61,297 nt of DNA from a virus (Duplodnaviria; Caudoviricetes), in the IMG/VR virus record IMGVR_UViG_3300017754_001058, positions 1 to 61,297 of that record; one strand, written 5' to 3'. The notes under the pieces are model-generated. The model had not been told where the DNA came from, ran no database searches, and saw nothing but the letters and a program-made list of their open reading frames with translations. The position numbers and the translations under genes were made by a program. Below, piece by piece: positions 19,401 through 27,777 of the stretch. Within the stretch, counting starts at the first letter, position 1. The number at the start of each line of letters is the position of its first letter.

Positions 19401-22400
19401 TCGTCACTGCTGACGGTCAAGTGCATCTTATCGCTGACAAACTCGCAGATGCTGCTGATGCGGTGGCTACTCTGTACCATGAGGTCTTGGGACATCTGGG
19501 TTTGGCGAAGTTGTTCCGTAGCAGGCTCGATACCCGCCTTAAGGAGATGTACCGGGGTAACAAGAAGCTGCGTGATGACGTCGATGCGTTCATCGCGGAA
19601 AACCCTGACGCATACCCCAACGACCCTGACCCACTTGCTCGTGCAGTAGAGGAAATCCTCGCGCAGCGGTCTGAGGGTGGTAAGATCGAAGCTAGCCTGC
19701 TGGCTAAGATCGCCGGGGTCATCAAGGACATCGGTCGCCGCATCGGCATTAAGTCAGACTTCAGTGATGCTGAGATTGGGTCGATCCTCTCGCGTGCTCA
19801 CGATATGGCTATTAACGGTACGCAGGAAGGTAAAACCGGCCAACGCTACGCCCGCAAAAAGAAGACCGGTCCGGGTAAGGAAGTGCAGCGGGCAGAGCAG
19901 ATGCTTGCCCGTTCGCGTAACCCCGGCAACCTCAACCAAGCTACTTCGACCATCATGAAGGTGAAGCGGAGCGGTCGCCGCCTGCAGAACCTGATGAACA
20001 TCATTCCGGGCGTCATCACGACCAAGCGCGGTCGGTTTATGCTGCAGTTTCTTACCCCTGCGGATGTAGGTAGGTTGGCGAAGCGCCAGTCAAACGCTCT
20101 TGGGATGCGTCTCGATAAGGTAGCGCTGGCTATGTCGGAGATGCGTAAAGCCCGCACTACGATGCAGGCTACGCTGCAGCAGCAGACGTATCGTTGGAAC
20201 AAGTTCAATGTGCGTTTCAAGGCGGGCGGTCGTATATTGTCAGACCTGATTAACCTCGGTACCCTGTACAATATCGACTGGCGTCGTGCGGACAATGTTC
20301 GCGACTTCATTGCGCAGGACGACAAGATCAGAGAGATCATCGCGGACCCCAAGCTAGGGCAGCGCGCTAAGGATAACCGCATCAAAGCCCGCACTGAGTT
20401 GGCCGAAATGGTCTACGCGCGTCGGGACGCTCTTATGCGTCCCGAAAACGGTAAGGGTGAAGGTCTCAAAATCTTCGACATGGCTGCTAAAGCCTACCGG
20501 GGAACCTTCGACCGCCAGCTTGCGGGTGTGTTGGCGCGTATCAACAACTCCTCTTTGTCTCCTACCCGCAAGGCTGCTGCTACTAAGCAGGTGAAGGCCA
20601 TGTTTGCAGAGGCAGAAAAGATCGGTCTCTACTTCCCGCTTGGGCGTGAGGGCGACTACTGGATGCGCGTCGGTCAGGGTAAGAACCGCGAGTACCAGCA
20701 GTTTGTGAGTCAGATTGATCGCGACCTCGCCCTGCGTGAGCGCTACGACGAGATGGTCGAGAACGGCGAGAAGCGCCCATACGACGAGATTATCCGCTCC
20801 GGTGAACTCCGCTTCGGTGACAATGCAAATACGCTGCAGGATGATGTCGTAGAAAACGACCCTACCCGTATGCTACAGGGTATGCTCAACGAACTGGATG
20901 CCGGTAACATCACAGACCTCAAGGCTGTCAAAGAACAGCTTACCCAGATGTACCTGCAAACGATGCCAAAGGCGGCACAGGCTGCTGCTATGCAGCGGCG
21001 CGAGGGCATTTCGGGTTTCACAGCCAACACTCTGCGCACTTTTGCTACCACTCAGAGCGCAGCGGCTAATCGCCTTGCTCGTCTGGAGCACGGGGATACC
21101 ATTCGTAACAATCTGGCTGCAGCCTACGCTCTTATCCAGAATGATCCCGAGCAGGATCAGTTGAAGCCCTATGTAGATCAGTTCGCTGAGTTTGCCGGTC
21201 GCCAGCTAGCGCCCGCTCAAGGTGATCCTTGGATGGAGTCTATCGCTAACTTCGCGAACCGAGCTACGTTCCTGTACATGATGACCAGCCTCAAGACGGC
21301 TATCATCCAACCCCTGCAGCTTTCGACCACGGGTATGTCGGCACTTGTCCGTGAGTACGGGGCAAATGCTCCCGCGCTAGCCTTCCGTAACATGACCCGC
21401 TTCTATAAGCTGCTGGGTACGTCGAAGCTCGATGAGGATGGTAACGTCATCACCAAGTGGGGCCAGCCGTCTATGAACGACGGTGGCTACATCAACGACG
21501 AGCCTGATCCTGAAATGCAGGGTTTCCTCAAGTTTCTGTGGAACGGCGGTAACGACCGGGGAGCGTTTGCTACCAACTTTACCGGCGATATCTCTGGTGA
21601 CCGGCAGGGGGATTTCGGCGTCTACGATAACGTGGTGCTTGAAGCGACCCGCAAGACCCTTGGCTTCGTGCACAACTTCATGACGGGTGCGGGCTTCCAT
21701 ACTGAGCGCATTTCGCGTGAAGTGATGTTCATGTCAGCCGGTGTGCTTGAGTATAAGAAGCTGCGTAAAGCTGGTGTCAGCCCAGCGGATGCTGCCAAGC
21801 GCGCAGAGCAGAAGGCTGCGGACCTTACTCTCGAAACCCTGTTCGACTACAATGTGGACGCAAAGCCGATGGTGGCTCGTGGTCCGGTGGGGCGTGTCGT
21901 TTTCCAGTTCGCCACCTTCACGATGAACATGTCTTCGATGCTCATCAGGAACTTCTACAACGCTGTGAGCCTTAAGTCGTCGCTGCGGGAGCGCCGTGAC
22001 GCTTCGATCCTATTCTTCGGCACGATGGCTACCACCTTCATGTGGGCAGGTGCCACTGGTCTGCCGTTGTACACCATGTTCATGGGATTGGCTGATGTCG
22101 CCCGTGAACTGTTCCGCCCACTGCTCGAAGATGATGACGAAGACCCGCGTATGTATGACGCTGAGTCTGGTAACCCATTGGCTTACGCTAGCATGGACCT
22201 CTGGTTCCGTCAGTGGTTCCTACCGAATATGCTGGGCGGCGGGGAGTCTCAGCGCGCTGTGGAGATGGGGCCAATCTCAGCGGCTACCGACATCAACTTT
22301 AGTGCGCCCTTGTCGCTTAACGACATGTTCTTCCGCGACGAGCAGCCTGCGGATAACGTAGCCGATGCTGTCGAGAACCTGCTCATGCGTACCGGTATGG

Positions 22401-22972
22401 GTGCTGCTGGCGGTGCGGTTAAGCAGGTCACGCAGGGTATCGACTTCATGCTTGCAGGTGACGGCCAACGTGCGGCTGAAAAGCTGATGCCGTACAACTT
22501 CCTACGCCAACCTCTTATCGCCCGTCGACTTCAGGAGGAGGGTTACATTACTCCTAAGGGCGTAGAGCTTAAACCCGCAGAGTTTTACACTGCGGGTAAA
22601 GTAATCGCACAGGGGGCTGGTTTCGGGTCCACCGAGGTCGCAGAGGCGCAGAAGCGCAACATCCTGTTCTCCCGTGCTACCGATAAGGTTGATACCGTTA
22701 GGGGCAAGGTCATGCGCGCCTACGGGGATGCATACCTCAAATACCTGACGAAGCCGACTGCCGAGAACCGTACTACTCTCGAAAAAGCTGACGAGCAGTA
22801 CAACGAGTACAACATGGAGTACGGTCTCATCAATCCGATCACCGTTGAGCAGATGCAGCAGTCGGTCCAGTCTCGTGCCGAGGACCGCGAAGCGGCCAGA
22901 CAGCTTGGCGGTATCCAGACGGATAAGAAGAACCGTGTGCTGGCTCAGGACATGCTGCAGCAGGGCCAATAA
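16439..22972 (+). CDS. Very large internal virion protein of polyvalent-protein type
   Basis: ATG at 16439, 1 nt after the previous stop (MPIRAQSADGKIHEFPDGT); contains HGGSNF..GTGE..GNGLY, LYHEVLGHLGL...EEILA and YFPLGREGDY motifs. Confidence 0.75.
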   Translation: MPIRAQSADGKIHEFPDGTSPSVIDRVMFDYAKSIPAARPAPTPTPTLTPAAVKPGAEAPNALEKMGSLGSLAASAADVPLSAIAGLAGSSKTFTDLFGADNVASKALDDVSRLASEWKSSGARQDAKDAARVQKEAEGKGIWEEVKAAAKAFTYSPLETTASVLGSSVPYAATALGAAALAPASGGASLAALYGTVGAAASGAASGAGMIKGDIYDALYSAAREKGVPEERARAAAEKAQEYVGPNTDQIALGSLLGAAAAATGLSRQALSVVVRNAERKLLKTVTERTGRKSIVRGVAQGALEEAIPEATQAGQERYAQNVALKRAGYDVDPLAGVAGQAAFEGLASLIPGGFGGGKAAATENLSGVPLPQSKEQIKAERELARQAKAAGIDLDEESIGATYNALVTKLVAEGMPESEALIKASSLLPSIIGVPASDLGEVPTAGAAKPAPTVRVADVTPSPSKAEPTRAPLQEVTPDKLAETLPTIDAAFTENAEDFAAEYDGVTELTPEVRNAAAELVVSSGIDPIDAIGSVLESAQRAAAKPITAPVTPSVDEAAVAPVADAIKQAAAPTDTATPSLAETAARDTGITEAPVETLEEAIADVTPAPVEEAAPVVEEATPAPVEQAVAEPTPVAPEAAPEAPPQKTIIVVHGGSNFEGIDPKYFGTGEPGNIRPLGNGLYGYVIDSTNTDEIAKAVEFARRYAEKYGRGNKAVHAFQLDVEGARTGFNGQVIESLQGAVGPELQRYYETADARDALPVGSPERKAAQAEFEKAYEALKKIPEAMRFERLPVGLTEVGVTDTGRLKRIGKIGIEQSDAELVKIIQDALGVSETQQEAVAEEELAAEEAVVEEAAAEPEVDPYDTALYAIEEAFWATDEDGNPQPEIDKKAYDLLILNVENKLNTPEKILAGLQKAKASFGEQLFNQRYRPGTKTTGIPLADAQAAVSGVAKGIGATPNVVQSFDDLPPEAQQQARADGATDAAGIVTADGQVHLIADKLADAADAVATLYHEVLGHLGLAKLFRSRLDTRLKEMYRGNKKLRDDVDAFIAENPDAYPNDPDPLARAVEEILAQRSEGGKIEASLLAKIAGVIKDIGRRIGIKSDFSDAEIGSILSRAHDMAINGTQEGKTGQRYARKKKTGPGKEVQRAEQMLARSRNPGNLNQATSTIMKVKRSGRRLQNLMNIIPGVITTKRGRFMLQFLTPADVGRLAKRQSNALGMRLDKVALAMSEMRKARTTMQATLQQQTYRWNKFNVRFKAGGRILSDLINLGTLYNIDWRRADNVRDFIAQDDKIREIIADPKLGQRAKDNRIKARTELAEMVYARRDALMRPENGKGEGLKIFDMAAKAYRGTFDRQLAGVLARINNSSLSPTRKAAATKQVKAMFAEAEKIGLYFPLGREGDYWMRVGQGKNREYQQFVSQIDRDLALRERYDEMVENGEKRPYDEIIRSGELRFGDNANTLQDDVVENDPTRMLQGMLNELDAGNITDLKAVKEQLTQMYLQTMPKAAQAAAMQRREGISGFTANTLRTFATTQSAAANRLARLEHGDTIRNNLAAAYALIQNDPEQDQLKPYVDQFAEFAGRQLAPAQGDPWMESIANFANRATFLYMMTSLKTAIIQPLQLSTTGMSALVREYGANAPALAFRNMTRFYKLLGTSKLDEDGNVITKWGQPSMNDGGYINDEPDPEMQGFLKFLWNGGNDRGAFATNFTGDISGDRQGDFGVYDNVVLEATRKTLGFVHNFMTGAGFHTERISREVMFMSAGVLEYKKLRKAGVSPADAAKRAEQKAADLTLETLFDYNVDAKPMVARGPVGRVVFQFATFTMNMSSMLIRNFYNAVSLKSSLRERRDASILFFGTMATTFMWAGATGLPLYTMFMGLADVARELFRPLLEDDDEDPRMYDAESGNPLAYASMDLWFRQWFLPNMLGGGESQRAVEMGPISAATDINFSAPLSLNDMFFRDEQPADNVADAVENLLMRTGMGAAGGAVKQVTQGIDFMLAGDGQRAAEKLMPYNFLRQPLIARRLQEEGYITPKGVELKPAEFYTAGKVIAQGAGFGSTEVAEAQKRNILFSRATDKVDTVRGKVMRAYGDAYLKYLTKPTAENRTTLEKADEQYNEYNMEYGLINPITVEQMQQSVQSRAEDREAARQLGGIQTDKKNRVLAQDMLQQGQ

Positions 22973-23004
22973 AAAGCCCCCCAGTTGGTGCAAACTGGGG
23001 GGCT
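22971..23004 (-). terminator. Intrinsic terminator between the convergent late and replication operons
   Basis: 12-bp stem AGCCCCCCAGTT/AACTGGGGGGCT; the A5 on + gives a U-tract on the - strand. Confidence 0.85.
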
Positions 23005-23057
23005 AGTGGTACGCGGAGCACCGTGGAAGGAGCAAACTTCCTGAGACAGTGTGATAC

Positions 23058-23252
23058 TCACTGACGCCAGATACGTAAACCCCTAATTCCGTCGTGGATC
23101 ACGACTTTCATCAAGATTTTTATCCGTAGGCGTCCGCAGACGTCCGCTACGCTCCGCTTCGCTGCCTCAGTGTCGAGGCAGGGGAAGAACATCGACCTGC
23201 CTCTTTTGAAGGCCCGCCAGTCGATGTCGTAATCAATCCCCTGTACTCTCAC
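23058..23252 (-). CDS. Hypothetical protein
   Basis: GTG start at 23252 overlapping the primase end; MRVQGIDYDIDW...GIRGLRIWRQ. Confidence 0.65.
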   Translation of the reverse strand: MRVQGIDYDIDWRAFKRGRSMFFPCLDTEAAKRSVADVCGRLRIKILMKVVIHDGIRGLRIWRQ

Positions 23253-26088
23253 TGGTCTGCTCCGCACTGTCGATGCCCACGAGGTCGCCAATGTTGAGGA
23301 AGCCGCTCACAGACGTATCGAATACCAGTGAGTAGACGCCCGGTGTGATGACCTTCATGCCCTTCGACAGCCGCTTCACCTCAGGCTTGAGGAAGATACC
23401 CTGCTTCTTAAGCTGGTTCAGGGTCTCTTTGTAGTTGATCTGTGTGTCAACGCAGTCGTTCTTGAAGTGCTTCGCAGCGATGTACATGCGGTGGGTATCT
23501 GGCTCGTAGCGCACCAGCAACTCGCCCTTAGGCTCCAACTGCGGCAGCATCGGCATCTGGGTGCGCCGGTCCACGTTGTCGTTCACAACGAGGATGTTCT
23601 GCATGTGGCGGTTCAGGTAATCCCCAATGATGGTCGCAAGGTCGGTAGCTGGTGGCTGCACATCTTCACGCAGGACCAACAGCATCTGGGTAGCCCACTT
23701 GTAGATACGCCGCATATCCCAGTCGATCAGGCCAAGCTCCTTGGCGATCAGGCCACCAGTGATGTTCGCTGCGATGACAGCAGACCAGAACCGTTCACGC
23801 TGCGTCAGCTTGAGTTCGCGGTCCAGCTTGGCTTGGATGTGCTTGAACGTCTCGATCACTTCCTGCTTCTTCTTGAGCAGGTAGGAAGCGTAGATTACCC
23901 CTGCGTGACCGTAGTTGCCGAACAACTGGTGGTCGAACATCTGCTTCGCATAGTCCACCTCAAGGACGTCGGAGTAGTCGATCTTATACTCCAGCATACG
24001 CATCATCTCACCATCCGGCGTAGCCTTTGCCTTAATGAGCTTCTCGTAGAAGGATGCGTTCGAGGAGCAGAGGCTGATCGTCTGCCACCGTGTGTTGTTC
24101 ACCCGCAGCTTGTTGCCGCTGGCTTCCATGCGCTCCTTACCCTTACCGTTAGCCATTGCGTAGGCGAAGTCGGAGAAGGCCAGTGGGGCCATGTTGGTAA
24201 CTTCATCCACCGTGTAGGGCAGGTGGTTGTACACGCCGAGACGCATGATGCTGGCGTTCACTGTGTCCTGTGGGGTCGTGCAGAGGTGCTTGGGGTGGCC
24301 CCAGACGCTGTTGCACATGTGCAGAATGGTGGTCTTACCCGTGCCTGAGTGTGGGTGGATGACGTTGATGATGGCACCGCTCTGACCTGAGAAGCGCAGT
24401 AGAGGGGCACCGAAGGCAGTAAGCGCAGCAAACGCATTACCCTCAAGCCCTTCACGCCCGTAGATGTTGAACACTTCCTTCCACTTTTCGAGGGTCCCCA
24501 CGGCACCCATGTGCGTGGCAATCTGTTCAGTGGTTGACGAAGGGGGGCTGTAGAACACGCCCTCCACGGTGACTTCCTTGTCACCTACGATGAACTTGCT
24601 GTCGTTGTCGGCCCAGCCGAATTGGAGTCTCATGAGTTCCGCCTTTGGTCCATATTGAAAGGTGCTGATTGTCGAGATTAGATAATCACAGATAAGGTCG
24701 AAGCGCTTCGGGCCAACCATCACGCCTTCGCCTGACAGGATTTTGCGCAGCTCCGCCTTGTCCGTGACCTTGCTGTTAGGGATGATGAACTCCTTCACAC
24801 CGTCGCTGGGTGTGTGCAGCCGGATCACCACAACATCGCGCTGCACAGGGTCGTGCATCCGCTTCAACACGTAGAGGTCGTGCTGGTAGACAAAGACCGG
24901 GTCGCCTTCGTCCTTGAAGGGTTCCCGCCAGATGCCGCCTTCCTTGCCGCGATAGAACGGCTTCGGGTACTCTGGGATGGTAATCACCTCCATTTCGCCT
25001 GTGCGTTCGTTAAGCAACTCCATCGTGCGATCTGCAACGGTGGCTCGGGGAACTGTCATCCCAAGGGTAATGGGGTTCTTGATCTTCCCGAGGTGAGGGC
25101 ACCCGGCGCAGCCACCGGGGTTGTTCCGTTCAAAGGTAACACAGTTATGTGGCTGCTCGATGTGAGCGATCTTCTGTACCGTCTTAGCGGGGTCGTAGTC
25201 AGGATGCTGGTTCGACAGTAGGTGGATGGACTTGTCTGCGTCGTCGCAAAACTTCGCTACGGACAGAGCGTCGAACCACCGAGGCTCAGGTATAGTCGTC
25301 TGGTTCTGGTAGCAGTCCAGAAGCTGTTGACACCCGTCCCCCTTGGCACTGCGCGTCATGATACGCTTGAAGCTCTTGCCGATGCTATCCTGCAGCGATT
25401 TGCCCAGAGCAGTGAGCGGGCGCTTCGCTGGAAGTGGCTCGGTTGTGAGTTGCTTGACGCCTAGCAAGGTCACGAAGACCTCAAAGGGGGTCGGCTTACC
25501 TTCGTGTACTACAGATACTGCGCTAGCCGGATTGTCTTTGAAGTTTAGGGTCCCCGGTATACGGAGCACCCGCGACACCTCGAAGACCGATGGATCGACG
25601 TAGAGATCGTGGGTTACACAGAGTTCGCGCAGCCGCGCAGCGACAGGCTCCCACTGCTCCCGAGTCACTTCTTCAACCAACGGCCAGTATACGTGCAGCC
25701 CGCGCCCTGAGTTAACGAGGATGGGCTTGGGTAGGCCGATGGTCTGACAAAACTTCTGTAGGGCGGCTAAGCCCGAAGCTTGGTCGATATAGCCATCCGG
25801 CCTGTTGGTTTTCGGGTTTACTACTGCCTTGGTAGGTCCGCAGTCGATGTCCAGCCAGAAAGACTTAATGGCTTTGACGTTGCTCTTCTTCCGGCCTGAT
25901 CCGTCAGTGTACTTCGCTACACCGAAGAAAACATTCCGCTCCTGTTGCACCATCAAAGCGGCAATTTCGTCTACTTCCTCGCGGGTCTCCACGAGATACT
26001 GTCTGATGTTATCGACGCCCTTGATACCAAGCACGGCAAACCATCCTGAGGATGGCTGTACAGCGTTCAAGAGGTCAAAATGTGTCAT
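23233..26088 (-). CDS. DNA primase (AEP/RepB-like) fused to DUF927 and a P-loop helicase-like domain
   Basis: FWLDIDCG, VNSGRGLHVYW and RVLRIPGTLNFK primase motifs; Cys cluster HNC...GGCAGCPH; QFGW, SGTGKTT and DEVTN in the C-half. Confidence 0.85.
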   Translation of the reverse strand: MTHFDLLNAVQPSSGWFAVLGIKGVDNIRQYLVETREEVDEIAALMVQQERNVFFGVAKYTDGSGRKKSNVKAIKSFWLDIDCGPTKAVVNPKTNRPDGYIDQASGLAALQKFCQTIGLPKPILVNSGRGLHVYWPLVEEVTREQWEPVAARLRELCVTHDLYVDPSVFEVSRVLRIPGTLNFKDNPASAVSVVHEGKPTPFEVFVTLLGVKQLTTEPLPAKRPLTALGKSLQDSIGKSFKRIMTRSAKGDGCQQLLDCYQNQTTIPEPRWFDALSVAKFCDDADKSIHLLSNQHPDYDPAKTVQKIAHIEQPHNCVTFERNNPGGCAGCPHLGKIKNPITLGMTVPRATVADRTMELLNERTGEMEVITIPEYPKPFYRGKEGGIWREPFKDEGDPVFVYQHDLYVLKRMHDPVQRDVVVIRLHTPSDGVKEFIIPNSKVTDKAELRKILSGEGVMVGPKRFDLICDYLISTISTFQYGPKAELMRLQFGWADNDSKFIVGDKEVTVEGVFYSPPSSTTEQIATHMGAVGTLEKWKEVFNIYGREGLEGNAFAALTAFGAPLLRFSGQSGAIINVIHPHSGTGKTTILHMCNSVWGHPKHLCTTPQDTVNASIMRLGVYNHLPYTVDEVTNMAPLAFSDFAYAMANGKGKERMEASGNKLRVNNTRWQTISLCSSNASFYEKLIKAKATPDGEMMRMLEYKIDYSDVLEVDYAKQMFDHQLFGNYGHAGVIYASYLLKKKQEVIETFKHIQAKLDRELKLTQRERFWSAVIAANITGGLIAKELGLIDWDMRRIYKWATQMLLVLREDVQPPATDLATIIGDYLNRHMQNILVVNDNVDRRTQMPMLPQLEPKGELLVRYEPDTHRMYIAAKHFKNDCVDTQINYKETLNQLKKQGIFLKPEVKRLSKGMKVITPGVYSLVFDTSVSGFLNIGDLVGIDSAEQTSESTGD

Positions 26089-26147
26089 GTGTACCAGTCA
26101 GCGAAAGCCACCCTCCGCATATGATTTAATACCGGCAGGCGTATGCC

Positions 26148-26378
26148 CTATTCGAACTGCGCGATGTAGGACTCGACCAAGGAGACCAGTGCTGGCTGCG
26201 GGTTAGTTGTCCCCACGAACCAATTGTACACCGTCTGGCGAGTAACCCCCATCCGCTGCGCTACCACCGTAACCGGGACGTTGTGCTTAACGCACACCCG
26301 CCCGAGGCGGACACCCAGCAATCTGCTGGGTGCCCTCCGGTTAAGATCACGCAAGCGCAGGCTGTAGCCTTGCGACAT
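26148..26378 (-). CDS. HTH DNA-binding protein (Cro/XRE-like)
   Basis: VTVVAQRMGVTRQTVYNWFVG helix-turn-helix. Confidence 0.8.
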   Translation of the reverse strand: MSQGYSLRLRDLNRRAPSRLLGVRLGRVCVKHNVPVTVVAQRMGVTRQTVYNWFVGTTNPQPALVSLVESYIAQFE

Positions 26379-26380
26379 AC

Positions 26381-27304
26381 TTAGTCCTCGTCGTCACCCC
26401 AAGCGTTCACGATGGACGCAAGGTCACCGCTCACCGCAGGGGCTTCTTCGGTGGCAGGCTTTGCGCTGCGCTTCACAGGCTCGACCACAGGCTCAAACAC
26501 TGCATCTTCCGCATCATCCGGCTCGTCGGAACGAGTGACAACAGGAGCGGGCTTAGGTGCTTCCTGCTTAGGTGCAGGCTTCGCACCGTCAGTGGCAGCA
26601 ACGGTAAGCTGCACGTACTTCTTGGTTTCGGGGTCGGCCTGTGCCGCCACAACCAGTGCATACTCTTCGTCGGTGATGCCGCGCATCGGGGTGAACAGCA
26701 GTTCCATGCTGGCAGCGTTCAGGTCGTAGCTGATGTTGGTAACAACCGTGTCAGGGCTTTCGCCGTTACCCAGAAGGTACTTCACGTAGCTTTCGAACGG
26801 ATGCACGTTGCCGTTGCCCTTACCAAAGAGCGACTTGGCGGGCACGTTGAACTGGTAGACTTCACCGGTCGGGTCACCCGCGATCAGGATAGCGATACGG
26901 CGCTGGAAGCGGCAAGCGCGACCACCGTTATCACCGGAACCCTTCACGTTCTTCGGGCAATCAGCGCAGTTGGAGTGCTGCTTGTTAGTGGCAGCAGCTT
27001 CAGGCTTATCACCGAGGTTCGACCAGCAGTCAGGCAGCGAAGCCTTGGCATTGGGGTCGTACTTACCAGCGTAGTACGTGCGGCTGACCTTGGGCAGCGC
27101 GTCAACGATGATGGCATTGAACTCGCCACGGATGGCGTTGCCGATCTGCTCACCGTTAATCATGCGCTTGAAGGTGCCGTTGGTGTTGGTGGCGATGCGG
27201 CGCATGTTGTTGGTGGCAGCGAGTGTCTTGGCGAGGCCGGTAAGCTCCCGCTTCGATGCAGTCGAGACTGCACCTGCCTGCTTGAAGATGGTGAGATTGC
27301 TCAT
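26381..27304 (-). CDS. Putative ssDNA-binding/recombination protein
   Basis: PDCWS...CADCP..KGSG..GRAC Cys motif, acidic C-tail WGDDED, replication-module position. Confidence 0.55.
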   Translation of the reverse strand: MSNLTIFKQAGAVSTASKRELTGLAKTLAATNNMRRIATNTNGTFKRMINGEQIGNAIRGEFNAIIVDALPKVSRTYYAGKYDPNAKASLPDCWSNLGDKPEAAATNKQHSNCADCPKNVKGSGDNGGRACRFQRRIAILIAGDPTGEVYQFNVPAKSLFGKGNGNVHPFESYVKYLLGNGESPDTVVTNISYDLNAASMELLFTPMRGITDEEYALVVAAQADPETKKYVQLTVAATDGAKPAPKQEAPKPAPVVTRSDEPDDAEDAVFEPVVEPVKRSAKPATEEAPAVSGDLASIVNAWGDDED

Positions 27305-27313
27305 GTTTTCCTC

Positions 27314-27721
27314 TTACTTGTTAGTCGGTTTGCGAACTTGGATAACGTACTTGCGGTCGCACTGCAGGCCAGCCGGAAAGGCTTCGGGGTTCTCTTGCAG
27401 GAACTGCTTCATGTTGCCGTTGTGGATGCGCTGCTCCAAGAGTTGCGGCACATCATTTTCCTTGATGAAGCGGTACATCGTTTCCCAGTCGCTAGTCCAG
27501 TAGCGGGCATTGATACGTCGGCTAATCGTACCACTGGGGGTCTTGATGCTGTCGGCGTTCTGCTCGTTGCAGATGTCCAGCAGCTTGTTACCCACGATGT
27601 CGAGTTGGCTTTTGAGGGCAGTTATCGCTTCCTTGTGCTGCTCCTCTTTCTCGTCGATGGCGTCCCGGATTTTCCGGTAGACTGCCACCATGTCACTGAC
27701 AGGTAGTTCGGTCTCGGTCAT
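27314..27721 (-). CDS. Hypothetical protein (N-terminal coiled coil)
   Basis: AAGGAGCAA RBS then ATG at 27721; SIKTPSGT, DWE, LLEQRI. Confidence 0.75.
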   Translation of the reverse strand: MTETELPVSDMVAVYRKIRDAIDEKEEQHKEAITALKSQLDIVGNKLLDICNEQNADSIKTPSGTISRRINARYWTSDWETMYRFIKENDVPQLLEQRIHNGNMKQFLQENPEAFPAGLQCDRKYVIQVRKPTNK

Positions 27722-27749
27722 AGTTGCTCCTTCGCCCTGAGGCCCCACT

Positions 27750-27777
27750 AGAATATCCTAACATTATACAGTGTCAA
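27750..27777 (-). promoter_or_regulatory. Putative sigma70-type promoter
   Basis: - strand TTGACA-N16-TATTCT; the first 17 bp (TTGACACTGTATAATGT) are identical to the site at 37434-37450. Confidence 0.65.
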
